From NCBI RefSeq assembly GCF_030028105.1, contig NC_092397.1, forward strand, positions 42,474,613 through 42,538,612: a stretch of DNA of 64,000 nucleotides. Reading direction: 5' to 3'. The notes beneath the pieces are model-generated. The model was not told where the DNA came from and ran no database searches. It saw only the letters and a list, made by a program, of their open reading frames with translations. Position numbers and translations under genes: made by a program. Of this stretch, positions 1 to 14,051 are shown one piece after another; the stretch's first letter is position 1, and every line of letters starts with the position of its first letter. The stretch comes from Mobula birostris. Lineage: Eukaryota.

Positions 1-331
1 CTGAGACTTCGGAAAAGATTTGTTTTCCAGCAAGACAATGACTGCGAGCTTAAAACCAAAGCTGCACAGGAATGCCTTAAGACAACAAAGTTAATGTCCT
101 GGTGTGGCCAAGTCAGAGTCCACACCTCAGTGTGTGGCTGGACTTGAAAAGGGCGGTTCACTCATAAACTCCATGCATTCTGACAGATCTTGAGCAGTTT
201 TGTAAGGAAGAATGGGAAAAATTGCAGTGTCCAGATGTGCAAAGCTGATAGTGACCTATCCACACAGACTCATGGTTGTAATTGCTGCCAACGGTCCATC
301 GACTAAATACTGACTTGGAGGAGGTGAATAC
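1..331 (+). mobile_element. Tc1/mariner transposase C-terminal remnant (degenerate)
   Basis: Translates to F-V-F-Q-Q-D-N-D of the Tc1 DDE region. Similar to the minus-strand Tc1 at 35298-40069 and ends near ggaggtgaatac. Confidence 0.75.
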
Positions 332-339
332 ACCTACCT

Positions 340-1770
340 GCACATGGTCCATTCCCTGTATGTTTTAGTACATTACTCCCTTACTCTTATACTCAACACC
401 CTGACCAGTGGAAACCAGCATTCTGCACACCTTATCCCGTTGTGTAGCCACATTCAGTGAACTATGTGCCTGGATCCCAAGATCACTGTTTACACCAATG
501 CTGTGAAGGGGTCAGTCATTAACATTATACTTTCTTCTTTCATTTGACCTCCCAAAGTGCAACACCACATTCCCTCCCAGATTAAATTCCTTCTGCAACT
601 ACTCTGCATCTGTTTGTGATCTATATCCCACTGTGTGCATTGATCAATATTTACACTGTCCACAACTCCACCTATCTTGCTGTCACCTGTAGACTTGTAA
701 ACCGCCCATCAACATTTTCATCCAAACATCGATATATATCAGAAACAACATAATTCCCAGCATCAATCCTTGTGGATCACCACTGCTCACAGACTTCCAG
801 CCCCACTTAGCCTTCTATGAGGAAGCCATTTCTGAATTGAAATTGCAATTTGTATTGAATCCCAGGGGTCTTTTTCAAATGCCTTACGGAGGTCTGTCCA
901 GGTCATGGCCACAGCCTTGCCCTCATCAAGCCCCAAGATGTTGGGTCTCATTCTTTTTATGTTATATGTCAATGATTTGGATGATGGAATTGATGGAGTT
1001 ATTGCAAAATTTGCAGATGATATGAAGAGACAGGTGGAGGCGCAGGTATTTTTGAGGAAATAGGGAAGGACAGACAGATGAGGAGAATGGGCAAAGAAGT
1101 GGCAGGTGGAATACAGAATTGGGAAGTGTATGGTTATGCACCTTGGTTGAAGAAATAGTAGGGTTGACTATTTTCTAAATGGAGAGAAGATACAAAAAAT
1201 TGAGGTGCAAAGGGATTTGGGAATCATTGTGCAGAATTCTCTAAAGGCTAATTTGCAGATTGGGTCTGTGCTGAGAAAGGCAAATGTGATGTTAGCATTC
1301 ATTTCAAGAGGACTAGAATATAAAAGCAAAAATGTAATGTTGAGACTTTATGAAGTACTGGCAAAGTCTCACTTGGAGTATTGGGAGCAGTTTTGGTCCC
1401 TTTATGGAAGGATGAGCTGAAACAGGATGGGTTTCAAACGAGATTCTCTGAGATGATCCCAGGATTAAACAGCTTGTCATATGAAGAACATTTGATGGCT
1501 CTGGGCCGTTATTCACTGGAATTTAGAACAATGAGGGATGACTAATTGAAACCTATCGCCGTGATAAAGTCGATGTGGAGAGGAAGGGAGTGTCCAAGAC
1601 CAGAGGACACAGCCTCAGAATAGAGGCGCATCCATTTAGAATGGAGATGAGAAGGAATTTCTTTAGAGAGAGTGGTGAATCTGTGGAATTCATTGCCACA
1701 GGCGGCAGCTGTGGAAACCAAGGCTTCAGGTATATTTAAGGTGGAGGTTGATAGATACTTGATGGCAGGT
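340..1770. mobile_element. Degenerate CR1 LINE RT fragments (minus ~340-900, plus ~950-1770)
   Basis: CR1 ORF2 motifs (KFADD, QRDLGIIVQNSLK, LEY-EQFWS, RVVNLWNSLP) with frameshifts. Confidence 0.75.
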
Positions 1771-2320
1771 GCGACACAGATATCAAATACAGAATAGAAA
1801 TGGCGAAAGAAACTTTCCAAAAATATGAAGACCATATTAACAGACAGAAAGATGAGCACGTACACTAAAAACAGAACACTGCAGTGCTACATTTATTCTA
1901 TCCTGACTTATGGAAGTGAATGCTGGACCATTTCTCCAGCAATGGAAAAGAGACAAGAAGCAGCTGAATTATGGTTCTGCAGGAGAATGTTAAAAATATC
2001 ATGGACCACACACACATCAAATGAAGAAGTTCTCAGAAGAGCCCAAACCAAGCAGTTCGATCACTCATACTAACAATAAGAGAAAGACAACTCAGATTCA
2101 TGCTACACATCACGTGGAAAGATGAACTAGAAAAACTCGTACTCTCTGGAAAGACTGAGGGGAGCAAACCTAGAGGAAGACCTCGGCTTATGTACATCAA
2201 AAGCATAGCCAGGTGGCTACACATCGAGGAAATGGAAGTCATCCAAAAAACGAAGGATAGATCTGTATGGAAAACCATGGTCACCAAAGTCTGCATCGGA
2301 TACGGTACCGGGACAGACGG
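1770..2320 (+). mobile_element. RTE-clade LINE 3' fragment
   Basis: ORFs 1825-2073 and 2100-2333 (YSILTYGSECWT...LWFCRRMLKISWT, GKTEGSKPRGRPR) resemble the RTE ORF C-terminus. Confidence 0.75.
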
Positions 2321-3263
2321 ACATATCTTATAGTCGATGTCACCACCTCACAAACCTGAAGCAACTTTGTCAAGCGCGATCTGCCCACACAAAACCATGC
2401 TGATTGTCCCTAAGCCAGCCATGCCTTTCCAAATGTGCATAAATCCTGTACCTCAACATGTAACTTGGATCTGGTCTTTAAACAAATGCCACATGTCAAA
2501 TGTGGACTTGTCTGACAGTGGCTGCTCCCAATCAATGCCCCTTGGCTTCTGTCTTGCAACGTCCTAACTTGCCCTCCTGCAATTTAGTACCTGCTTACAA
2601 GATCTAATTTTATTCTTACTCATAACTAGGAAAAATATAAGATCCCAAAATATTCACTGACTCTTAGCTGTCGCCTGGCCTGGTTCATTTCCCAAAACAA
2701 ATTCCCACATGTTCTCAACTCTGGTTGGGCTCTGCATAATGTTTCAAACATTCCTCAGATTCACTGAACAAATCTTGCACATCTTAGTATTAAGCAAGTT
2801 CCAGTCAATTCTAGGGAAGATAATGTCCCCCCCACTGGTTATTGCGGGGCTAGTGCAAACATCCCAACAGTGTAACAGTAGATTGCCTCTGTAAATGAAC
2901 CCTCCAGTTTGCTGTGACATTCCCAGTGGGGTAACCTCTGCATTTTTATCCCCCCCCCACTCACATGTAAAACAATCAAACCCAGGAATGTTGAGCTGCC
3001 AGACCTGTCCCTCCAACAACATAAAACTAATGTTGAAATAAACTCATTTCAGCCCATCAGTCCACCATGTTTATTAGCCTGACATTGGCTCTTGTTCTCT
3101 TCAGACTGTCTTGTCATACGTACATTCTCCAATTTGCTACTCTACTTCAAATTCTGCCAAGTGACACCATCAAACCTCCTGGTGCAGATGTTGGTTCCCG
3201 TCCGGTTCAGAGGCAAATAGTCTTGTTTGTCCCGGTCTGCCACCTGCCTGGATCACCCATTGA

Positions 3264-3612
3264 GGCTAAGGTCGAAGCGTTCGGATATAGATGGTGCTTG
3301 GTACTTGGTGTCGGAGGGCTGAAGGCAGAGAGAGATTCCTTCCTTCTCTCGTCTGCGTGAGATGTGGGACTTTCAAGAGACTTGAATTTTTTTTACTGTG
3401 CCATGGCCTGTTCTCCATCAAGTTATGGTATTGTTGCACTGTTGTAACTATATGTTATAATTATGTGGTTTTTGTTAGTTTTTCAGTCTTGGTCTGTCCT
3501 GTGTTTCTGTAATATCACACCGGAGGAATATTGCATCATTTCTTAATGCATGCATTACTAAATGACAATAAAAGAGGACTGCGTGTCCTCATAATCTAAT
3601 CTAATCTAATAA
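3264..3612 (+). mobile_element. Retroposon 3' tail ending in (TCTAA)n, present only in the left duplication arm
   Basis: Absent from the paralogous arm near 32805-32815. Ends AATAAAA...ataatctaatctaatctaat. Confidence 0.6.
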
Positions 3613-4189
3613 ATCTGAAGACTTCCTCCTGCATCAGTTCCTCACCAACACATTAAACCTCACGAAATATCGATTTGTCACCATACTAGCACCGCGGTTT
3701 TGGTTGCAATTCCGAGATTACAATCCTGGAAGTCCTGCTTTTTTTTAACCTAGTTCCCCAAAATCACTGTGCAGGACCTCATCACTGCTCGTTTAAACCC
3801 TTCCGTGTAGCACGAAGAAGACTCCCCTCCTACTTGGACCCGTCTCTCGTTTCCCTTGAGACCCAATGATCCTTGTACCTGAAGACCCACCCACCCGCCT
3901 CCCACCAGCCCCTCAGCCACCCCTTTACCAGGGCTTTAGAAGGCGCCAGAAGCGCGGTCTATATATCTGGTCATGTATCCTGTTCCTGTATGTGACCGGT
4001 CTTTCATTTCCCTGGCGACCCAGAGGAACAATTGTTCTACTGAATCATCACTGGAAGTGACTGCACCCTCGCCCACCAACTGCTGTGTGTGAGGGCGCTG
4101 GCACTGGTCATGGGGCCGGGGAGGGACAGACCGAGATCCTCGGGGTTTTGTAGAATGGAAAAGCACTTCCTATAATTTAAAGCAGGAGA

Positions 4190-4794
<605 letters not shown>

Positions 4795-4827
4795 AAATCT
4801 CTCACTTCCTCCCGAGCACAAAACAAA

Positions 4828-4843
4828 GGCTCTTCTAAGAGCC
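4828..4843 (+). terminator. Histone 3' stem-loop (H4)
   Basis: GGCTCT-TCTA-AGAGCC followed by ACCCA and a purine-rich HDE-like segment at ~4856-4869. Confidence 0.95.
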
Positions 4844-5224
4844 ACCCACCGCCTCACAGACGGAGCCGTATCCACAAACTTTTAGATACTTTTTTAAATT
4901 TTATACTCAGCTGAGTTGCATTTGAAACAGGTGATTGGTTCTGCTTGAAACATACTTCAATTCTGCCTTTCCAGTCGGTGATTACCGCAAAACCTGCATT
5001 AGGATTGATCTTAATCCTCTTATCAGTTTCGAACAAACATCAGTTCACTCGTTCAGAGAACGATTCCGTGGCTGTACATTTAAATCATAACTGAGGAAAT
5101 TAGATATTAAATTTATTAAATTAAACTGAAATTGTATAATCCGTCATACAATTAATTGTAAATAAAATGTAATCAAGCACCGCTGCTGGGTGCTCTGAAA
5201 TTGGCGGGCGATTTTAAATTAATC

Positions 5225-5884
<660 letters not shown>

Positions 5885-5913
5885 ACCCGGCCTCCATAAC
5901 AAACCCAAGAAAA

Positions 5914-5929
5914 GGCTCTTTAAAGAGCC
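5914..5929 (+). terminator. Histone 3' stem-loop (H3), atypical TTAA loop
   Basis: GGCTCT-TTAA-AGAGCC, with HDE-like aaaggaaagggttgt at 5941-5955. Confidence 0.9.
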
Positions 5930-6748
5930 ACTACCACAGCAAAGGAAAGGGTTGTCGCTTGCTGATCATAGTATTATTGTACTGGCGATCTGCCCTCCTG
6001 ATGGGGTTGTTCGGTTTTACACTGACTGACCGCGATTATCAGCTGTTCTGTGCCGACAGGTTAATTCAGCGAGGGACAGGAGATGAACGCGCTTCCTCCC
6101 CGTCAGGGTCTCACTTGGTCCTTCACTTCTCCCACAAACCTGCCATGTACAGCTGCTGCGGCTGTTCCGTTTTGTTTACTTCGGACATGTCCGGCTGTCC
6201 TTGAAGTGGGAGCATGCGGTCGCGATGGGTACAGTGGGGGATTTCCGAGAGCGGTAATTATATATTTTTGATTTTACTCTTGTAAATGTTGTGTAAATAA
6301 ACTTTTGTAGCTGGTAACTGATTGAAGGTCAACCTGCAACGTCACCGGGTAGTTTATCATTTATCTTCCCCCTGCAGTCCAACCCCAGAGACAGATCCCT
6401 CTCTCAAGACGCCCCCTCCCCTCTCACATAGGTTTCAGCAGTTCTCAATCAACTCACCTGAATCGGACTTTGGGATGCGAGGCACGGAATCTCCGTTGAA
6501 ACCCAGTCACACTCTCCTGGAGCGGGAGAAGGAACTGGGCCTGCAGACCACCCCACCGGTCTCACTCTCTCACACAGCCCGAGTGAAACGCTGTTTTCCA
6601 CTTCAAATCTGGGACGCCACGGCCGCACTGAATGTCAGAGAGGTACCGGGAATATCGGATTTTATGCGAGAAGTTCCCCCGGAAAACTCAGTCGGACCCG
6701 GCGCGGGAATCACAATATTTCTGATCAGCTCTTTTCTGAGATGTGGGT

Positions 6749-6764
6749 GGCTCTGAGAAGAGCC
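6749..6764 (-). terminator. Histone 3' stem-loop (H1)
   Basis: Minus strand GGCTCT-TCTC-AGAGCC-ACCCA, with HDE AAAAGAGCTG at ~6726-6736. Confidence 0.95.
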
Positions 6765-6800
6765 GGTGGGTTCAAACACTTACAAACGGTACATCTCAAT

Positions 6801-7421
6801 TCACTTTTTGACCGCTGTCTTCTTGGCCGCTTTCTTCTTCGGGGCTGCGAGTTTCTTGGGGCTCTTTGGTTTCGGCGCCGCTGGTTTCTTAGCTGCCGCT
6901 TTTTTAGCAGCTGGTTTCTTGGCGCCAGACTTGTTGCTGGGAGATTTCTTGATGGCAGATTTCTTCGCTGCCGCTTTTTTAACCGCTGGTTTCTTCGCTG
7001 CCGCTTTTTTAGCCGCTGGTTTCTTGGCGCCAGACTTCTTGCTGGGAGATTTCTTTGCCGATGGCTTGTTCGCTTTCTTCACCACTTTCACGGCACTTTT
7101 TCCTTGACCGGATTTAAAGGATCCCGAAAGACCCGCGCCCTTGGTCTGAACCAAGGAGCCGCTTTCCACTCTCTTCTTGATGCACATCCTGATCTGGGCG
7201 CGACGTTTTCCCACATCGACACCGCTGCTCGTCAGAGCCTTCATGATGGCCACAGCGGACATACCTTTCCTATCGCGACAACCCGCCACAATCTTATCGA
7301 TTTGTTCGCCCAGCTTGGGACCGGCTGGTTTGCTCCGGCCGGCCGCCTTCTTCTTGGGAGTCTTCTTTGCGGCGGCGGGTGCGGCTGCAGCAGCCGTGTC
7401 GACGGGTGCTGTCTCGGTCAT
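6801..7421 (-). CDS. H1: Linker histone H1 (divergent globular domain)
   Basis: 206 aa: M-T-E-T-A-P N-terminus, LVQTKGAGLSGSFK wing motif, K/A/P-rich tail with SPKK-type sites, stem-loop downstream. Confidence 0.95.
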   Translation of the reverse strand: MTETAPVDTAAAAAPAAAKKTPKKKAAGRSKPAGPKLGEQIDKIVAGCRDRKGMSAVAIMKALTSSGVDVGKRRAQIRMCIKKRVESGSLVQTKGAGLSGSFKSGQGKSAVKVVKKANKPSAKKSPSKKSGAKKPAAKKAAAKKPAVKKAAAKKSAIKKSPSNKSGAKKPAAKKAAAKKPAAPKPKSPKKLAAPKKKAAKKTAVKK

Positions 7422-7489
7422 GTCGGCGACGCTGGAAAATCCTTCTCACAATCAGACTGAATGAGAAATGAAGCGAAAGGCGGCGGCAC

Positions 7490-7570
7490 AGAGCAATTTA
7501 AAGGCAGCTAGCGGACGGGGCGGAGACATCCCGCTGTCAGCTCCCGTAGGACTTCATTTTTCTGTGTTTC
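7490..7570 (-). promoter_or_regulatory. H1 promoter with H1-box
   Basis: Minus-strand AAACACA at 7563-7569, GC box at ~7517-7523, TATA-like TTTAAAT at ~7497-7503. Confidence 0.75.
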
Positions 7571-7924
7571 TCTGTCCTCAAAAACTCTCCGATTCCAATT
7601 AAAATCGGACACTCCGGGGACTCGGACTGGTCCCTGTCCGTCACTGAGGCCGGAAAGTTCGCTGGAAAGAGAGTTTAATCGGGATTAAAGGCAGCACTTT
7701 CTATTTTAACCCGTTTCATTACTGCACTGCCCGCGATCTCTCTCCATATTGTTGATCTGTTCTCTGCTTTTCGGCTGAAATGTTGAAACTAACTAAAACT
7801 TTGCGGTTAATTCCCGCTTCGGGACTGAGCTGGGGAGTGGGGCCATCCCGTAACAGAGAAATCTTTTCTTTTTGTACAGGAGGCGCTGGGAAATCCGGCG
7901 ATGTGTTCGGACCCACAAACAAAA

Positions 7925-8080
7925 CACTCTCTCTGAATCAGCAAGTCAGGCAGCATCAATGGTGGGAATGAACAGTGGACATTTCAGGCCGAGACCCTTC
8001 ATCAGGACTCTGGTGGGAGATGCTGCCTGACTTGCTGGGTTCCTCCAGCATCTTGTCCGCGTTGTTCGCCATTCCCAGAA
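7925..8080. mobile_element. Short palindromic Penelope-terminus-derived element with internal hammerhead motif
   Basis: Inverted repeats gcaagtcaggcagcatc (7941-7957) and gatgctgcctgacttgc (~8019-8036) flank minus-strand AGTC-CTGATGA-AGGGTCTCGGCCT-GAAATGTC-CACT. Confidence 0.7.
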
Positions 8081-8199
8081 TTTCTTGGCGTTATGCTGAC
8101 ACAATGTTCACATCTGCACCTTCAGAGGCCTGTACTGCTGTCAGAATAAAACGACAGGTTCCTCGTCATATAACACAGTGATAAATCTGATTCTGATTC

Positions 8200-11100
8200 C
8201 AAGGAATAAAGGACAAAGGACATTGTCTGGCCAAACTCTCTGTGTAACTGAGAACCTCGGGTCCGGGAAACATCCTTGGAAATCCTTTCTACACTCTCCC
8301 CAGTTTAACCACGTTTCCTATAACGGTGACAAGAGCTGTACACAAATCGGCAAGTGAGGCCTCCAGTCACTTACACAACTGTATCATAATGTCACAACTG
8401 ATATACTCTATCCCCTGACTAATGAAGACCAGCATGTTAAACCCCGTTCTTCACTACCCTGTCTACAAGTGACACAACTTTCAAATGAACTGTGTGTGCA
8501 CTTTACCCCTAAATCTCTCCGGCCCATTACACTCCCCAAGGACCAATCATTCATAGTGTAACTTCTACACTGGTTTGACTTTCCAATGTGCACCGCCTCA
8601 CACTATATTGAAATTCATTTGCCACACTTGACCCTCTTCCCTAAATGATCACGATGCCCCTGTAATCTGCGACAACCTTCCAAGTAAAGTTGAGGGAAGT
8701 TATTCCAACTAATTAATAAACCTTTTGTGCACTGGCATTGATCAGTGAAGGTGATTAGTATCAAAATCAAAATCATGTTCATTATCACGGACATATGTCA
8801 TTAACTTCGTTGTTTTGCTACAGCTGTACAGAGCAATTTCTAAAAAAAAATAGTTAAAATAAGAAATACAGAATAAACTAAATAGTGTAAAAAGGGAATC
8901 AGGGAGGGGTGTGAGTCCGAACATGAGAATAGGAAACTGAAAACCTTGTCCATTCTTGCCTCTTTTACTCTTCATATATCTGAAAATAAATCTTTTTGTA
9001 TCTTGTTTCTATTATGGGCCAGTTACTTTCATAATTCATCTGACTTCTGCATATTGTTATTATAGTTGCACGCTATTTTTAAAGTTTCATAATCCTTTAG
9101 CTTCCCAATAATTTTGGTGATATTCTTTGCCCTCTCATGTTCTTTTATGCTGCCTTTGTCTTCTGTTGTTAGCAATGGTTGCCTCATCCTCCCTTTTAAA
9201 TACTGTTTCTGCTGAGGGATGAACCGATCCTGTGTCTGCCAAATTTCTCCTGGAGACTGAAACTTTTCATACAAAGGTAATCTGAGGAAGTTGAAATGCC
9301 CAACTGCTGTAAACTTGTTCCCATTACCCCTCTGTTTGATTTACCAATACGTCTGCTGCACAATATCTGAGCCTATTGGGAGGCCGGCAGTATAATCCCA
9401 TCAAAATCATCATTCATCATTTCATTTAAAACCTCTACTTACAAGACCTCATCAAAACCCCTCTTATTACTGAAGTGTTGGTCTCCTTTATCAAAGATGC
9501 AACATCCCCCACCCATAAGGTAGCTTTTAAATGTTTTCCCTTCACCTTAAACAATTACCCTGTAAATTTAGGCTTCCCTACCCTACAAAAAGAGTGGACC
9601 TACTGATTTTGTAAACCTCTGGACGGTCACCAGACAGCTTCTTACTCTCTCAGTAGAGAGAGAGAGTCCCAGTCTGTCCAAGCTTCTGCTGATAATTAAA
9701 GTCCTCCAATGTCAGTAACATCCTCATCAAACTTCCCTCCACACTTTCCAGCTTCATGACATCCTTCCTGCAACTGGATGACCAGAACTGTGCAAAATAC
9801 AGTCTGGTCTCACTTTGACTTTTACAGTTGTCATATGGCACCCCAAATCCTCTACTCAGTTCCCTGATCAATGAAGACAAATAGGCCAAACACCACCTTC
9901 ACCATCCTGACTACCTGTGTTGTCACATTCAGTGAATGATGTTTCTGTATTCCATGGTCTCTCTGTTCTGTAATACTCTCCAAGGGACAAGAATTTACTG
10001 TGCAGATCCTGAATTCCCCAGTTACTCTTGATCCCAATCTTCACAGTCCACATGACCACCAACATCGCTGTCATCTGCAAACTCACTGTCACTACATTGT
10101 CAGGAAACCTGTTAATGTAGATAACAAATGACAGTATCAGCACCGATCCCTGTGGATGTCACTGGTCAGAGGCCTCCAACCTGAATAACAAGCTGCCATG
10201 ACCACCCTCTGTCTCCTTCCACCAAGACAAGTATCTTCTCTGGCATCCCCTCTGCTCTAAATGTGTAATACAAAAGAAATAAAGATTAAATCAAAATATA
10301 TCTACCTATGGCCTGCATCGCTCAGAAGAGACAAAACCTCAACTCCCCACTCCAATTCTGGCCCACTCATACAATGACCGCTCTGGTTAAGTCTAACTTC
10401 TTTTTATTGGATCTTGCCACGTTCCGAATTACGGCCAATCAAACGTTTCCTTGGGAACTGTGACATGCAAAATGTGCCAACTGCTCATGTTCACTTCATT
10501 CAAACTCCCTCTCCCTTTACATAATCTGATGACTGTGTGGGACTGTGGCACTCAAAACTGTGGACTGCAGGAAACCAAAGTACATGCCTGCACTGTTCTA
10601 CAAGGCCACAAATGATTAAAAAAACACTGTATAACAAACACTGGAATTCCCTAACTGAGATGAATGGGGAAGCTGGATAACTGAAAAGATTCAAAGAGAA
10701 GGAAGATAAATGTTTGTAAAATCAGGGAAGTGGGATTGACATACAAGGAAGGCTGATGGCAGATCAGCCTTTATATGGAATTGTGGGTGAGGGACTAAGA
10801 GAGGACACACTGGAGGTTTCATCCAGTGAGACAATGTGGATAGAGCTCAGGATAAGAGAGGAGCATTCACCGATGGGGTTATATCACAGGCCTCCCAAAT
10901 GCCAGCAGGAGATAAAGGAACAGAAATGCAGCTGGTAATGAAAGATGTAAAAGCAACAGGGTAGTTGTAGTGGGTGACAAATTTCCCCAATGTTGACTGG
11001 GACTCCCTTAGAGTCAGGGGCTTAGATATCACTGAATATGTTAGAAGAATACTGGGATGTTACTTAACATAGAAGTGGATAGTCTAACTTGGGAAGGGGG

Positions 11101-12538
11101 TCATAGAAAACATTGTATCGGGAAATGAGCTTGGCCATTGACAGAAGTTTCATGTTGGGAACAGTAAGGACAAGGCTGGACCAGGTGATAATGTGGTCAT
11201 TTGGGGTACAGTTAATTGCAACTGTCTACATTGAACATGTAAATGATGTTTAAAAGCAATCAGGTCAGAATTCAGACAGAACTGTTTCTATGAGGAGGAA
11301 AGACAAGGATGGTAAAGTCTGGCAGAGGGGCATAGTGAGAGATGTTATGAATTCAGATGGGAATAAAATGAAGGATAAGGAATACTTCAGAAGTAGAAAT
11401 TGGAGAAGGCCTCTGGCAACATGAAGCAAGGAAAGGAAGAGAGAAGTTAGAGAGAGAATCAGAAGTGTGAAACGGGAAGAAGAAATAACTTTGGTGAGAA
11501 GGGGCACTGCGGAGAGCGTACGACAACACAAGCACAGAGGAGAGGGTTTATGTCTGAAGTGTGCGAGAGACTAAACCAGTTCTTCTCATCAGTATTCATC
11601 ATTGTGGTCATGGAGGATAGTGAGATCAGAGAAGGGAATGCTGATATTCCAGGGCATGTTGTTCCTCAGGCAATAGAGACAAACAGGAAATTATAGATTG
11701 GTGAGACTTGGATCAATGCTCGGGAAATTATTGGAGAATATTATTAGAGATAGGATCTCTAATAAAAGTTAGGAGGGTAAAAGGAGGATATCATGATTCA
11801 GAAGGCAAAGTGAGCAAAATCCAAGAGATTCTCTTGCTTTATTCATAGGAAAAGGTAAGTTAGACACAGAATCATTCCCCTTGGAGGTGAACATGGCCAT
11901 CTGTGTGTGGAGGCAAATGAATTAGGAGAGGCTTTCCATGAATATTTCTGACAATTATTTCACCATTGCAAAAATTCTTTTAGGTTGTTAAATCTCCAGG
12001 GCCTTATCAGGTACATTCTCGTACTTTGTGGGAAGCTGGAGAATACACTGTGGAGGCCAGGGGAGAGATTATTTTGCTCCATCTCAGGCACCAGTTGAGG
12101 TTGCACATGATTGGACAGGGTGAGTAATGTGGAATTGATAGTTTTGAGGCCAAGACCGTGGATGATACAAAGAGGCAAGCAGTGATGAGGAAGCAGGGAG
12201 TCTGCAGTAGCACTTGGACAGATTTGGAGAATGGACAAGGAAGTGCCAGATGAAGTACAGTATAAGGAAGTGTGTGGTCATGTACTCTGGTAGGAGGAAT
12301 AACAGCCTAGGCTCTTTCTAATCAGGGAGAGAACAGAAATCATTTGTGCAAAGGGTCTTAGTGCACGATTCCCTAAAGGTTAATGTACACATTGAGTTGG
12401 TAGTGAGGAAGGCAAATGCAATATTTGCATGCATTTCAAGAGAACCAGAAAATAAAACCAAGGATCTAATGCTGAGGCTTTGGTCAGAGCTTATTTGGAG
12501 TATCATGAGCAGGGTTGGGTAACTTTTCTAAGAAAGGA
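8200..12538. mobile_element. Patchwork of old CR1 fragments on both strands
   Basis: Scattered degenerate EN/RT motifs (WIELR...GLYHRPP, FAQFWS...RKDV, GRRDLGV). Confidence 0.6.
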
Positions 12539-14051
12539 CTAGTGTTGAAATTGCGGGGGCCCTGGCAGAAATATTTAAAACGTTGCTGTCTACGGGTGAA
12601 GTGCCGGAGAATTGGAGAGTGGCTCATGTTGCTCCGTTGTTTAAAAAAGGATCGAAAAGTAATCCGGGAAATTATAGGCCGGTGAGTTTAACATCAGTAG
12701 TAAGTAAGTTATTGGAGGGAGTACTAAGAGACAGAATCTACAAGCATTTGGATAGACAGGGGCTTATTAGGGAGAGTCAACATGGCTTTGTGCGTGGTAG
12801 GTCATGTTTGACCAATCTGTTGGAGTTTTTCGAGGAGGTTACCAGGAAAGTGGATGAAGGGAAGGCAGTGGATATTGTCTACATGGACTTAAGTAAGGCC
12901 TTTGACAAGGTCCCGCATGGGAGGTTAGTTAGGAAAATTCAGTTGCTAGGTATATATGGAGAGGTGGTAAATTGGATTGGACATTGGCTCGATGGAAGAA
13001 GCCAGAGAGTGGTGGTAGAAAATTGCTTCTCTGAGTGGAGGCCTGTGACTAGTGGTGTGCCACAGGGATCAGTGCTGGGTCCATTGTTATTTGTCATCTG
13101 TATCAATGATCTGGATGATAATGTGGTAAATTGGATCAGCAAGTTTGCTGATGATACAAAGATTGGAAGTGTAGTAGACAGTGAGGAAGGTTTTCAGAGC
13201 CTGCAGAGGGACTTGGACCATCTGGAAAAATGGGCTGAAAAATGGCAGATGGACTTTAATACTGACAAGTGTGAGGTATTGCACATTGGAAGGACAAACC
13301 AACGTAGAACATACAGGGTTAATGGTAAGGCACTGAGGAGTGCACTGGAACAGAGGGATCTGGGAATACAGATACAAAATTCCCTAAAAGTGTCATCACA
13401 GGTAGATAGGGTCGTAAAGAGAGCTTTTGGTACATTGGCCTTTATTAATCGAAGTATTGAGTATAAGAGCTGGAATGTTATGATGAGGTTGTATAAGGCA
13501 TTGGTGAGGCCGAATCTGGAGTATTGTGTTCAGTTTTGGTCACCAAATTACAGGAAGGATATAAATAAGGTTGAAAGAGTGCAGAGAAGGTTTACAAGGA
13601 TGTTGCCGGGACTTCAGAAACTCAGTTACAGAGAAAGGTTGAATAGGTTAGGACTTTATTCCCTGGAGCGCAGAAGAATGAGGGGAGATTTGATAGAGGT
13701 ATATAAAATTATGATGGGTATAGATAGAGTGAATGCAAGCAGGCTTTTTCCACTGAGGCAAGGGGAGAAAAAAACCAGAGGACATAGGGTGAGAGGGGTA
13801 AAGTTTAAAGGGAACATTGGGGGGGGCTTCTTCACACAGAGAGTGGTGGGAGTATGGAATGAGCTGTCAGACGAGGTGGTAAATGCGCGTTCTTTTTTAA
13901 CATTTAAGAATAAATTTGACAGATACATGGATGGGAGGTGTATGGAGGGATATGGTCCGTGTGCAGGTCAGTGGGACTAGGCAGAAAATGGTTTGGCACA
14001 GCCAAGAAGGGCCAAAAGGCCTGTTTCTGTGCTGTAATTTCTATGGTTCTA
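12539..14051 (+). mobile_element. Young 5'-truncated CR1 LINE (RT ORF 12583-13980)
   Basis: Uninterrupted 465-aa RT with NYRPVSLTS, GVPQGSVLGP and KFADDTK; ttctatggttcta tail. Splits an older CR1 at aagaaagga|tgtgc. Confidence 0.95.
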
